Assembly: GCA_041690395.1 (NCBI GenBank)
Contig: JAWLHJ010000006.1
Span: forward strand, 230,530 to 294,529
DNA from: Longimicrobiales bacterium
GTDB lineage: Bacteria > Gemmatimonadota > Gemmatimonadetes > Longimicrobiales > Gaopeijiaceae
Length of the DNA: 64,000 nt
Direction of reading: 5' to 3'
Part shown: one piece after another, positions 29,746 through 40,500 of the stretch
Layout: each line of letters starts with the position of its first letter
Position numbering within the stretch: position 1 is the stretch's first letter
The notes under the pieces: generated by a model
What the model was told of the DNA's origin: nothing
What the model saw: the letters and a program-made list of their open reading frames with translations, nothing else
Database searches by the model: none
Program-made: the position numbers and the translations under genes

Positions 29746-30183
29746 CTAGTGCATCGCGGGGGTATCGTCGCCGTCGTCGTCGGGATCGTTGAGCACGGAC
29801 GGGAGCACCAGCGGCCCGGTGAGATGGAAGCGCGGAACCACCACGCGGAACCGCTCCCCCGTCGGGCGCGCGAACGTATAGTAGCCTTCCATGTATCCCG
29901 CGGGAGAGCGGAGCACGCAGTAGCTCCTGTACTCGTGTGCGTCACCGGGCCGGAGGCACGGCTGCTCGCCGACCACACCCTCACCGTCCACTTCGGCGTC
30001 CTCGCCCACGGAATCGTGGATGAGCCAGTGCCGGAAGAGAAGCTTCGCCGGCGTATCCCCCTCGTTGGCCATGCTCACGTGATACGAGAAGACGAACGTT
30101 CCGTCCGTCGGGTCGGAATCGGCGAGCGAAAAGCGCGGGGCGACCTGAACCCGGATGCCTTCGGTGGCTTTCTCGTATGTCAT
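29746..30183 (-). CDS. apaG: ApaG protein
   Basis: GIRVQV, FSYHV, LLFRHWLI, VDGEGVVGEQP, YRSYC, GYMEGYY, PRFHL. Confidence 0.93.
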   Translation of the reverse strand: MTYEKATEGIRVQVAPRFSLADSDPTDGTFVFSYHVSMANEGDTPAKLLFRHWLIHDSVGEDAEVDGEGVVGEQPCLRPGDAHEYRSYCVLRSPAGYMEGYYTFARPTGERFRVVVPRFHLTGPLVLPSVLNDPDDDGDDTPAMH

Positions 30184-30201
30184 GGGTGCTCCGCGGGAGG
30201 A

Positions 30202-30702
30202 TCACATGCGATCGATGACGACCGTGTGAGTGTTACCCACCGAGAACAGAATGGAGCCACCCAGGAACTGGGCAACCGCGTTGCCGAGCTCGTCGGTGTC
30301 CGTGGTGACCGAAACCCCGATCAGGGTTCGCGTGCTCGGGTCTCCGGGGAGCCCGCCCGGCAGATCCCATCGCTCGTAGTCGAGCTCGTACCCGTTCCCC
30401 TGGAAGTCGAACCCGTCCGGCAGGTATTCCTCCAACTCCGGTGGAACGACCCCGAGCGTGGTCTCCGGAGGCCACAGGTTGGAGTCGGCGTTGTACTGGG
30501 CGGCGGCCACCCGAACGACCTCGAAGTCGGCCGCCACCTCCGTGGCCCGTGCTCGCATGAGCACCGTCCGCATATTCGGGATGGCCAGCCCCGCGAGGAT
30601 GCCCACGATGGAGACGACCACCAGGAGCTCGACCAAGGTGAAGCCGCCGTCGCGGCGGGCTCTCCCACTGGGTCGCATCGACGTCCTCCGCGACATGCTC
30701 AT
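30202..30702 (-). CDS. type IV pilin / pseudopilin precursor
   Basis: Basic leader then G|FTLVELLVVVSIVGILAGLAIP class III signal. ATGA overlap with upstream gene. Confidence 0.88.
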   Translation of the reverse strand: MSMSRRTSMRPSGRARRDGGFTLVELLVVVSIVGILAGLAIPNMRTVLMRARATEVAADFEVVRVAAAQYNADSNLWPPETTLGVVPPELEEYLPDGFDFQGNGYELDYERWDLPGGLPGDPSTRTLIGVSVTTDTDELGNAVAQFLGGSILFSVGNTHTVVIDRM

Positions 30703-31217
30703 CCGCCCCTCACCCTGGCGCCGAGATCCAGACCGGCGGCCCAGTCGGTGAGCGGCTGGGTCGAGTCGTACACCACGGTTTCGGTGCCGACCGAGCCGAT
30801 GAGCTGGTAGTTGTTGGTTCCACGCGGGAAATACTCGACCCCGGGCGCGGTGGTGGCACCGACGTCGTCCAGGGTGGCGGGCAGTCGACCGTTGGCCTGG
30901 CGGTAGGCCTCGATCCGGGACGCCGTGAAGAACATGGCCGTGCGGATGCCGGAGACCTGCTCCTCGGGCGGCGGCGGCTCGATGGGGTTCAGCACGACCC
31001 AGGACGGAGGCGCGATCAGCAGGTAGACCGCCAGGACGCCGAGGTTGATTCCGAGGGGTAGCATCCACTTCGGCTGCGCCTTGGGCTTCGTCTTCTTGCG
31101 CGAAGCCTCCTCGCGTTCCGCCGCGTGCTGGAGCACCTCCGCGAGGGTGTCGGCCGTTTCCTTACCGGAGCCGACATCCTTCGCGTGATAGGGCCGTACC
31201 TGGTCCTTATCGCTCAT
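30699..31217 (-). CDS. membrane-anchored hypothetical protein with GspG/pilin-like C-terminal segment
   Basis: One TM (WMLPLGINLGVLAVYLLIA), then IEAYRQANGRLPATLDD. No prepilin cleavage site. Confidence 0.65.
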   Translation of the reverse strand: MSDKDQVRPYHAKDVGSGKETADTLAEVLQHAAEREEASRKKTKPKAQPKWMLPLGINLGVLAVYLLIAPPSWVVLNPIEPPPPEEQVSGIRTAMFFTASRIEAYRQANGRLPATLDDVGATTAPGVEYFPRGTNNYQLIGSVGTETVVYDSTQPLTDWAAGLDLGARVRGG

Positions 31218-31383
31218 CGACGGAGGTTGGGATCGTGGTGGAGGAACGGAGTGGGGCGGGGTCGGCGCGCCGACCGGGTCGTGTCATGATATTCCAGATC
31301 GGCGTCGAAGGACAGGTCCGATCCCCCAATCTCGCCGTCCCACCCGGCTCGACTCCACCCCTGGCCCTGGGTAACTTCGAGCG

Positions 31384-32061
31384 ATGAGCACCCGCGAGCT
31401 GTCCCGTTCAGAAGAGGACTACCTGAAGGCCATCTATGGCCTGTCGGAGTCCGGCGATCCAGCCTCCACCTCGGCCATCGCGACGGTGCTGGACATCCAG
31501 CCGGCGTCGGTCACCGGCATGGTGAAGCGGATGGCGGAAAGCGGGCTCCTGGAGCACATACCGTACAAGGGCGTGCGCCTGACCGACCGGGGGGCACGAG
31601 AGGCCCTTCGAGTTCTCCGGCGGCACCGGATCCTGGAGACGTACCTGTGCGAGCGGCTCGGCTTCTCCTGGGACGACGTACACGCGGAAGCGGAGCGTCT
31701 CGAGCACGCGGCCTCCGACCGGCTCGTCGAACGCATGGCGGCCGCGCTCGAGTTCCCGAGCTACGATCCGCACGGGGCACCGATCCCGACCAAGAGCGGA
31801 CAGATCGAGTCCACCGACCCCGCGACGCTGGCCGACGCCCGTCTGGGCGACCGGGTCCGCATCCGCGCCGTCCGGGACGAGGACTCGGAGACGCTCCGCT
31901 CCATCGCCGAAGAGGGGCTGCTCCCGGGCGTCAGGGTCGAGGTCCGGAGCCGCCCGAACGGTGAAGGCTCCATCGGCGTGAGCCTCGGGGGTGAGGGTGG
32001 CCTGAGGTCTATCGAGCGCGAGCTCGCCCGTCAGATCTACGTGGTTCCGGACGAAGCCTGA
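31384..32061 (+). CDS. DtxR/MntR metal-dependent repressor with FeoA-like domain
   Basis: SEEDYLKAIY, PASVTGMVKRM, RRHRILETYL, HAEAERLEHA, DPHGAPIP. Confidence 0.93.
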   Translation: MSTRELSRSEEDYLKAIYGLSESGDPASTSAIATVLDIQPASVTGMVKRMAESGLLEHIPYKGVRLTDRGAREALRVLRRHRILETYLCERLGFSWDDVHAEAERLEHAASDRLVERMAAALEFPSYDPHGAPIPTKSGQIESTDPATLADARLGDRVRIRAVRDEDSETLRSIAEEGLLPGVRVEVRSRPNGEGSIGVSLGGEGGLRSIERELARQIYVVPDEA

Positions 32062-32071
32062 CCCGGTCCGT

Positions 32072-33028
32072 TCACCGCACCCCCGCGCACCGTGGAAGGG
32101 CATCCGTCTGTTCGGACGATCCCGCGAAGACGCCGAAGCGCCGCATGACGCCCGATGCGAACACGCCGCTCCCGTCTCCATGGACGCTCGGCACCCGAAC
32201 CTGCCCGGACGGGTTGAAGTTCCCGCCACGCGCCCAGTTCACGTAGTTCCGGTCCGTGGCCGTGATCCCGACGAACGCCTGCGTCTCGTCCGGCAGCCCA
32301 CGCTGCAGTCGAACCGTGAGCGCTTGGTCGAGGTCGAATCGGTCGAAGACGCCGAACTCGGACGGGAAGACGATCGTCGTGTCGCTCGCGGACAGCGACA
32401 ATCCCAGCAGGAAGAGCTCGTCCGGTGCCTCGATGCCCTCGTCCTCGAGCGCCCGGTCCAACCCGTCGATCCGCGTCTCGTTGACGTAGGCGCTCGCCCC
32501 GCTCGCCGCCGACCACCGGACCTCGAACGGCGTATCCGGGCGCACGCCGCACGGCGAGGCCTGCTGCTCCAGCCGGAAGTCTCCGGGAATCGTCGTGCGT
32601 CCACCGAGCGTGCGGCCGTCGGCGAGTCGCACGGTCAGTTCGAGCTCGTCGCCCGGCCGGAGTCGCGACGCCGCCGCTCCGGCGTCGTAGCACACCCCCG
32701 GGCGGACCCGGTCGCCGTCGCTGATGCAGTTCTGGTCGTCCACGGCCTCCAGGACGAACCGCCGTCCATCGGTCCGCACGACTTCCACCTCGGCCGGCGG
32801 GATGTCCGACGCTCCTTCACCACCCACGGTTCGGCTCACGAACGCCCACAACCGCCGCCCGACCGTCGGGTCCGGGGTGTCCACGCCGACGAGCGCGTAG
32901 GCCTCGACGATGATCACGTCCTCTACGTCGACGACCGTCACCTCCTGCAGCTCACACGCGGCCATCGTCAGGACGGCGACGAGGACGATCGCGAGGGCGG
33001 CGGCGCCTCTCGGGGTCCGGCCGGCCAT
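32072..33028 (-). CDS. lipoprotein partner of TBDR (DUF4249-like)
   Basis: Lipobox MAAC. C-terminal SVHGDGSGVFAS. TGATG coupling to receptor. Confidence 0.72.
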   Translation of the reverse strand: MAGRTPRGAAALAIVLVAVLTMAACELQEVTVVDVEDVIIVEAYALVGVDTPDPTVGRRLWAFVSRTVGGEGASDIPPAEVEVVRTDGRRFVLEAVDDQNCISDGDRVRPGVCYDAGAAASRLRPGDELELTVRLADGRTLGGRTTIPGDFRLEQQASPCGVRPDTPFEVRWSAASGASAYVNETRIDGLDRALEDEGIEAPDELFLLGLSLSASDTTIVFPSEFGVFDRFDLDQALTVRLQRGLPDETQAFVGITATDRNYVNWARGGNFNPSGQVRVPSVHGDGSGVFASGVMRRFGVFAGSSEQTDALPRCAGVR

Positions 33029-35418
33029 CAGAAGCGGATCTCCAGGCCGACCGTCGGAAGGACGGGGAACATCGAGATCCCGGAGCGCACGGGTGGCGAC
33101 CGGTCGTACTCGTAGAAGTAGAAGAGCACGTTCCTCTGGTTGTAGACGTTCACGAGGTTCACGTACGGAACCAGCGTGCCCCAGCTCCGCGTCATCGTCT
33201 TGCGGAAGCTCAGGTCGAGCCGGTGATAGGCCGGGTAGCGGGACGCGTTCCGGTTCTCGAGCTCGACCGCGTACGACCCGTCGAAGCCCTCCTCGTCGTC
33301 GGAGCCCGTCCAACGCAGCCGTCCGCCGTCGTCGAGGAAGCGAGGCGAGTGATACGCGTAGCTCCCGACGGCGCGCGTGTAGGGCGTGCCCGTGCCGAAG
33401 TTCCACCGCACCCCGCCCTCCCACCCCCACGGGGCCGGATAGGTCAGCACCAGATCCGCGTCGATCCGGCGGTCGAAGATCGGCGCGTAGGTGGCCTCCA
33501 CGCCGGACCCGAGCGCCGCGAACGGGTCCGGGAAGGTTCGCTCCGCCCGCAGCAACGAGAGCGACAGCCAGCCGTTCACGATGCCGCGCTCACGGCGCAG
33601 GAAGAGGTCGACCCCCTTCGAGAGACCGTCCCCGGACATGATGTCGTCGGTCGGGTCGGAAGGGTCGTCGGACGGATCGAACGCGACGACGCCGTCGAAG
33701 CTCCGCAGATACGCCTCGGCCGACCAGAACCAGTCCACGCCCAGATAACCCTCGAGGCCCACCTGGACCTGGTCGGACACGACATGCGGGGCCCGGTCTC
33801 CGGCGAGTACCCAGATGTCGAGCCCCAACGGAATCTCCTCATCGCGCAGCGAGTGCAGGAACTGCGTGTAGCGACCGACCGCGACTTTCGCCGCCACGTC
33901 CGTCCCGAAGAAACGCTTCAGCGCGAGTCGCGGCGCCAGCTCGATGGTCGTGCGGCCCGGGCTCGGAAGCCACGCGTCCGCACGAACCCCGGCTTCCAGC
34001 AGCCACCTCCCTGGCCGGGTCCAGGCCACCTGAGTGTGCGCGCCGAACAGGGTGCCCGTGCCGTCCCCACCGGCGAAGCGCGTTCCGCCGGTGGCGAACA
34101 CGTTGTCGTACGCCATCCGCTCCACGCCGGCTCCCATGGCGACGCGCCATGCCGCCGAAGGCCTGGTCTCCAGGTCCGCCCGGAGCTGCATCTGGGAGAT
34201 GCCGCTCCGGAGATTGGTGTCCGAGAAGTCGGGGAAAGCCAGGCCGGTTCGGAAGCGGCTGATGTTCGCCTTGAGGTCGAGCGATCCCCCGCCGCGCCGG
34301 GGGTGCGTCCAGCGCAGGCCGACCAGGTCGTTGCCCCAATCCCAATCGATGCGGAGAGGGAAATCGTCGGCTTCGAGCCGCGTGAGGTCGAGGACGTCCC
34401 GCCCGCTGTAGGCCGTCACGGTGAGCTTGTCGCCCCCTGGTGACCACCCCTCCACGACCGCCTGGAAGTCCGTCAGGTGATAAGGGAAGTCGAAGAGGGG
34501 CTTGAAGAGGACGTCGAAGTACGATCGTCGGGCCGACGCGCGGAAGCGCAGCGTCGACTGTCCGAGGGCGTCTGCGACGGCCGCCGGGAACGCACCGCCG
34601 ACCGCGGCGCGGCTGGCGAGCAGGGAGATGCCCGCGTCGACGCCCGTGTCGCCGTCGCCCGCCTCGCTCTCGATACGGAGGACGGAGGAAACCCGCCCCC
34701 CGTGCTCGGCCCCGAAGCCTCCGGAAAGCAGCTCCACCCGGTCGATCATGTCCGCGTTGAAGACCGAGAAGAGGCCGCCGAGGTGGAACGGGCTGAAGAT
34801 CGGCACGCCGTCGAGCAGGACGAGGTTCTGGTCCTGCGAGCCGCCCCGCACGTTGAACGACGCGCTGAAGTCCGACGTGGAGACCACGCCGGGCAGCACT
34901 TCGATGGCACGGATCGGGTCCGTCTCCCCCACGCCGGGCACGAACTGGAGGTCGACGAGCTCCATCTCGCGGACGGTCACTCCGGCGATCTCCTCGAAGC
35001 GCACGCGCTCGCGACTGCGCTCCGCCTCCACCGATATCCCTTCCAGCTCGATCGCGCGGGATTCGAGCGTGATATCGAGGTCGATGGTTTCGCCGGACGC
35101 AAGCGACACCGTCTCCTCGTACTCCGCGAAGCCGAGAGCGACCACCGTGAGATCGTAGCTTCCCGGCTCCAGCGGGCTAATGCGGAACGAGCCCAGCGGC
35201 CCGGTCCCGACCGAACGCGATACTCCGCCCGCGGACTCGATACGGACGACCGCACCCGACACGGCCGCGCCCTCGCCGTCGTGGACCCGCCCTTGGACGG
35301 TGCCGGCCTCGGCCGTACCGATCTGAGCCACGACCGGTGCGGCCAACCCGGACGCCAGCATCAGTACGACGCCGCGGCCGAGGCTCCTGAGGAGCGTCCT
35401 CATGATGCGGTCCGTCAT
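33028..35418 (-). CDS. TonB-dependent receptor with carboxypeptidase-regulatory-like domain
   Basis: ETDPIRAIEVLPGVV, VRGGSQDQN, GGRVSSV, LAPRLA, FDRR, YHRLDL, NVYNQRN, terminal F. Confidence 0.9.
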   Translation of the reverse strand: MTDRIMRTLLRSLGRGVVLMLASGLAAPVVAQIGTAEAGTVQGRVHDGEGAAVSGAVVRIESAGGVSRSVGTGPLGSFRISPLEPGSYDLTVVALGFAEYEETVSLASGETIDLDITLESRAIELEGISVEAERSRERVRFEEIAGVTVREMELVDLQFVPGVGETDPIRAIEVLPGVVSTSDFSASFNVRGGSQDQNLVLLDGVPIFSPFHLGGLFSVFNADMIDRVELLSGGFGAEHGGRVSSVLRIESEAGDGDTGVDAGISLLASRAAVGGAFPAAVADALGQSTLRFRASARRSYFDVLFKPLFDFPYHLTDFQAVVEGWSPGGDKLTVTAYSGRDVLDLTRLEADDFPLRIDWDWGNDLVGLRWTHPRRGGGSLDLKANISRFRTGLAFPDFSDTNLRSGISQMQLRADLETRPSAAWRVAMGAGVERMAYDNVFATGGTRFAGGDGTGTLFGAHTQVAWTRPGRWLLEAGVRADAWLPSPGRTTIELAPRLALKRFFGTDVAAKVAVGRYTQFLHSLRDEEIPLGLDIWVLAGDRAPHVVSDQVQVGLEGYLGVDWFWSAEAYLRSFDGVVAFDPSDDPSDPTDDIMSGDGLSKGVDLFLRRERGIVNGWLSLSLLRAERTFPDPFAALGSGVEATYAPIFDRRIDADLVLTYPAPWGWEGGVRWNFGTGTPYTRAVGSYAYHSPRFLDDGGRLRWTGSDDEEGFDGSYAVELENRNASRYPAYHRLDLSFRKTMTRSWGTLVPYVNLVNVYNQRNVLFYFYEYDRSPPVRSGISMFPVLPTVGLEIRF

Positions 35419-35570
35419 CGGGTCATGCGCTCAAGCCATCGGAGGTGGGACGCGGGCCGCCGTCGGACGCGCGTACGATCGGTTCGGACCCGATACCCTG
35501 GAGACGGCCCGGATGATCACTCCGGTCGACTGCCGGATCGCCGACGCGCCCTCCTACGAGAGCCGCGCGC

Positions 35571-37259
35571 TCACGGCAGGAACGCGGGCGGGCGCAGCAG
35601 GTGGAAGTCCGTAGCCTCCTGATAGGCACGCGCGACCGAGAGCAGCGTCGCCTCGTCGTAGAGCCGTCCGATGAAGGTGATGCTGTTCGGCGAGTCCGGG
35701 TCACGCATGCCGTTCGGGACGGCGATCGCCGGGTGGCCCGTGAGGTTCGTCAGGAGCGAGCTGTCGCCGCGTCCGGCCGGGGCCGCATAGACGTCTACTT
35801 CGGTGAAGAGGTCGCGCATGTCCACGCCGAGCAGCGCGCGGATACGGTTCGCCTGTATGTACTCCGCGGCCGGGATGAGTCGAGCGCTGCGCAGCACGTT
35901 CGGCCATGCATCGACCACCTGGCGCGGCAGCTCGTCGTCACGGTTCGAGAGCGTGATCCGGTCGAACGACGCGGCCGCCTCCGCTCCGAGGATGAGGCTG
36001 AGCGGCCCGATGGGTCCGTCCGGCAGGTCGACCGGGACCAGGCTGGCGCCGAGCGAGCGCAGCACCTCCAGCGTCTCGAGGTCCAGCCCCACGTCCGGGC
36101 CGTCTCCCTCGAAGTCGGCTTCCACGTAGCCGACCGTGAGCTCCGACCAGTCCACGCCGGGCTCGTAGTTGAACGGCGCGTCGACCGCGCTCGGATCGAT
36201 GCCGTCGGCGCCCCGAATCGCGTCGAGCACCATGCCGCAGTCCTCGGCGACCCGGCAGATCGGCCCGACCTTGTCCATCGACCAGCTCACCGCCATGGCA
36301 CCGGCCCGACTCACGCGGCCGAAGGTGGGTCGGAGCCCGGTGACCCCCGTCGTCGCCGACGGCGACACGATGGAGCCCCACGTCTCGGTCCCGATCGCGA
36401 ACGGGGCGAGTCCGGCCGACACCGCCGCGGCCGACCCGGCCGACGACCCGCTCGAGCCTTCCTCGAGATTCCACGGGTTCCGTGTCCGCCCGCCGAACCA
36501 CACGTCGCCCCACGCCAGGGCGCCGAGGCTCACCTTGGCGAGGAGCACCGCGCCGGCCTCCGCCAACTCGGTCGCGACCGTGGCCGTGCCGTCCATCTCC
36601 TCGAAGCCGGACGGGACGGCGCCCCAGGTCGTCGGGTAGCCCTCGAGGGCGAAGAGGTCCTTGAGCACGTACGGGATGCCATGAAGCGGCCCCCGATCCG
36701 TCCCCGCAGCCAGCTCGGCGTCGGCCGTCGCGGCCTGGGCGAGCGCCTCGTCCTCGAGGAGCGTCACCACCAGCTCGAGGCTGGGATCGTGCCGCTCGAT
36801 CCGGTCGAGGTACATGCGGGTGAGCTCCACCGATGTGACCTGACCGGTCCGCAGCAGCGCCCCGAGCTCGGCGATGGTCCAGTACGCCGCCTCCTCCAGC
36901 GACTCGGGGCGGGTGACCGCCGGGAGCGGGCTCCACACGGGTCCGTCGTCCCGCTCGGGCAGCATCCATGACACCGGTCCGGGCACGAAGTTGATGGCGG
37001 GCATGACCGCCTGGTCCGGGCCTGCCGCCCGGATCTCCCCGTAGCTTTCCCTTAGCGCCGCGAGGTCCTGGAAGAACTGCTGTCGCTCGAGCATCTGCGA
37101 CCGCTCCTCCGGAGTGAACGCGAGCCCGAGGATCTCCTCCGCGGCACGGATCTCGTCCGCTGTGATCCCCTCCAGCTCCGCGTCGTCGGAGGGAGCACAA
37201 CCGGCGGCCAGAAGACCCGTTGCGAGGATGAGGAGTCGGTGGAGCGGGCGGACGATCAT
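35571..37259 (-). CDS. amidase-signature family lipoprotein
   Basis: Lipobox LAAGC. GPLHGIPYVLKD, GSSGSSAGS, GTETWGSIVSPS, GLRPTFGRVSR. True start 37259, not 39086. Confidence 0.92.
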   Translation of the reverse strand: MIVRPLHRLLILATGLLAAGCAPSDDAELEGITADEIRAAEEILGLAFTPEERSQMLERQQFFQDLAALRESYGEIRAAGPDQAVMPAINFVPGPVSWMLPERDDGPVWSPLPAVTRPESLEEAAYWTIAELGALLRTGQVTSVELTRMYLDRIERHDPSLELVVTLLEDEALAQAATADAELAAGTDRGPLHGIPYVLKDLFALEGYPTTWGAVPSGFEEMDGTATVATELAEAGAVLLAKVSLGALAWGDVWFGGRTRNPWNLEEGSSGSSAGSAAAVSAGLAPFAIGTETWGSIVSPSATTGVTGLRPTFGRVSRAGAMAVSWSMDKVGPICRVAEDCGMVLDAIRGADGIDPSAVDAPFNYEPGVDWSELTVGYVEADFEGDGPDVGLDLETLEVLRSLGASLVPVDLPDGPIGPLSLILGAEAAASFDRITLSNRDDELPRQVVDAWPNVLRSARLIPAAEYIQANRIRALLGVDMRDLFTEVDVYAAPAGRGDSSLLTNLTGHPAIAVPNGMRDPDSPNSITFIGRLYDEATLLSVARAYQEATDFHLLRPPAFLP

Positions 37260-37559
37260 GGCTGGCTCTCCTTCACGGGACGACGCGAAACGACGGCCGG
37301 CACGGGCTTGCCGGCTCGACGGCAACCTGCAGATGCGACCCCCGACTGGCCAGGGAGGCCGCCGCGCGGCATCCGGCCAATCCCGGAAATTGAAGCCTGA
37401 TTGGTCGGAATTTGCGGGACCGGGGGAGTGACCGTATCGTGACGCGATGACACCGGGAGCTCCTCCCACCTCCCCTCCCCCCCGATGCGGACGGAAACCC
37501 GGTGCTCGCCGGTCGTTAGGACCGGCCTCGTACGTACCCCGCCATAGGAGTCGGCACTC

Positions 37560-40500
37560 ATGTCCTCCTCTCGTTCGAACCCATCTCCGGGCGCAGGGCC
37601 CCTCGGTCGGGCTGCACCCGAAAACCGAGCGCATCGACCGATGTCGGTCGCCGCTCTGCTCCTCGCCTTCGCGATCTGGGCAGCCCCCGCGGCCGCGCAG
37701 GACCAGGTCGGAGGACGCGTCCTCGACGCGAACACGAACCAGCCGCTGTCGGGGGTGCAGGTGTCGGTCCAGGGCACCGGACTCGGCGCCCTGACGCAGG
37801 CCAACGGGACATTCCTGGTCCGCGGCCTCACCCAGTCCACGGTCACCGTCGAGGCGCTCATGCTCGGCTACACGACCTGGACCGGCGAGGTCGCCGCGGG
37901 AACGACGGACCTGGTGATCCGCATGGAGCCCCGGGCCGTGGAGCTCAACGCGATCGTGGTTACAGGAACCGCGGGCGCTCAGCAGGCGCGCTCGCTCGGA
38001 AACACCGTGGGCCGCGTCCGTGCCGACGAGCTCACCCAGATCGCGCCCCCCTCGGACGTCGAGTCCCTCCTCACCGGCTCGGTCCCGGGCATGAACGTGT
38101 CGGCCGGCGGCGGTGAGATCGGGACCGGCAGCAACATCCGGATTCGCGGGGCGAGCTCCGTGGCGCTCAGCTCCCAGCCGCTCGTCTACATCGACGGGGT
38201 GCGGGTGAACGGCAGCAACGCGGACACCGGCGGCGGCATCGGCGGGGTCGGCATCGACAACTCCGTGCCGCCTTCCCGCCTGAACGACATCAACCCCGAG
38301 GACATCGAGTCCATCGAGGTCATCAAGGGCCCGGCGGCCGCGACGCTGTACGGGACCGAAGCGTCGAACGGCGTCATCAACATCATCACCAAGCGGGGCG
38401 ACCGTGGCTCGCCGAGCTTCACCTTCACGCTGAAACAGGGAGCGAACTGGCTCCCCGACCCGGAAGGGTACTTCCCGAGCACCTACTACCGGTGCCAGGG
38501 AACTGGCGACTGCACGCCGGGCGAGGTGACGGAGTTCAACGTCCTCCGCGAGGACCGGATCCGGAACGGGAACGAGTGGTTCCAGACCGGTCAGGCGCAG
38601 GGATACGCCGCGAGCGTGAGCGGCGGTACGGATGAAGTCCGGTACTACTTCTCGGGCGACTGGGACCGGGACGAGGGCATCGTCGACTACAACTGGCAGA
38701 ATCAGATGCGTGGCCGGGCGAACCTCAACTGGACGCCCCGCGAGGACTTCGACCTGCAGTTCGGCGTGGGCGGCGTGCGCTCGGTGCTGTCGACCGCCTC
38801 GGCGAACCAGCCCATCACCACGGCCATCCTCTGGTCCTGCTTCGGCGGCTGCGAGGAGGGTCAGCCTGGAAACACGGTCGACTCTCCGCAGCGTGGCTAC
38901 ATCGGCTACCTCCCGGAGGTGCTCGCGGACTCCGTCGAGGGCCGACAGGCCGTGAACCGCAGCACCTACAACGCGACGGCCACCCACCGGCCGACGCCGT
39001 GGCTGACGCACCGCCTCCGTTGGGGCGCGGACTGGACCGAGACCAACAACACGGAGCTGTACCGGCCCATCAGCGGTCCCGGACATGGTCAGCCCCAGGG
39101 GTCGAAGACGGCGCAGCGCCAGACGTCGCAGTACGTCACGCTCGACTACTCGGCGACCGCCGACTGGAACGCCACGGAGGACATGGCGTTCTCGACCTCC
39201 GCCGGGGTCCAGTACTACCAGCGCCAGTTCGACTGGGTCTACGCCCGTGGCGCGATCTTCCCGGTCGCCACGCTCGAAACCGTCAGCGCCGGGTCGCAGA
39301 AGGCCGCCGAAGAGGGCTTCGTCGAGAACAAGACCCTCGGCGCCTACATCCAGGAGCAGTTCTCGTGGCGCAACCGTCTATTCCTGACTGCGGCGGCGCG
39401 CGGGGACGACAACTCGGCCTTCGGACAGAACTTCGACTTCGTGCTGTATCCGAAGTTCAGCGCCAGCTGGGTGCTGTCGGAGGAGCCCTTCCTCGAGGAC
39501 AGCGAGCTGTTCGACCAGCTCCGCTTCCGCGCGGCGTGGGGACGGGCCGGTCAGCAGCCCGACGTCTTCGCGGCGCTCCGTACCTACGAGCCGTCCACCG
39601 GACCGGGCGGCAGCTCCGGGCTCAGGCCCGACAACATCGGTAACGCGGACCTGAAGCCGGAGGTCGGTGAGGAGCTCGAGCTCGGATTCGACGCGAGCAT
39701 CCTGGACGACCGGCTGAGCTTCGAGCTCACCTACTACGATCAGACGCGGAAGGACGCGCTCATCGAGGTCCCGGTGAGGCCTTCCGTCGGGTTCCCCGGT
39801 ACGCAGTTCCAGAACATCGGAGAGATCGCCAACTCCGGCTTCGAGTTCGGCATCAACGCCGGCGTCGCGCAGGGGGACGACTGGAATCTCGACATGAGCC
39901 TCAGTCTGTCCACGAACAGCAACGAGCTCGTGTCACTCGGTGGACTACCGCCGCAGATCCTGAACGCGTCCAACCCGACCACCGGGTGGGCCGGACAGTA
40001 CTACGTCGAGAACTTCCCACTCGGCGCGATCTTCCTCAAGAACGTGGTCTCCGCGGACATCACGGGCTCCGGCGCGACCGCGGTCGCGACGAACGTGATG
40101 TGCGAGGGTGGCGACGTCATCGCCGGCACGCCGAGCCTCTCGCGAGGCGGTGGCTCCGCGGTGTCGTGCGACGACGCGCCCTACATCTACCAGGGCGCGC
40201 CGGTCCCGACCAGGGAAGCCACTTGGACCAGCACGCTCACGCTCTTCAACGACCTGCAGCTCTTCGCTCAGGTCGACTACCAGGGCGGGCATACCATGGT
40301 GAACGGGACGGCCGCCGGCGCGCACACCTTCTTCAAGGTGACGCGGGAAATCCAGGAGCGTGAGGATCCGATCCTCCTGGGCTACGAGGCGCTGGGCTCG
40401 GAAGGGATGAACCAGCCCGGCCTCATCGACGCGAGCTTCGCGAAGCTCCGGCGCGTTTCGGCGAGCTACACGCTCCCGGGCGAGTTCGCGTCTCGGTTCG

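Noticed and set aside
35571..39086. 1171-aa ORF that looks like a giant amidase fusion
   Set aside because: The first ~610 aa are the antisense shadow of susC. The real amidase starts at 37259 with a lipoprotein signal.
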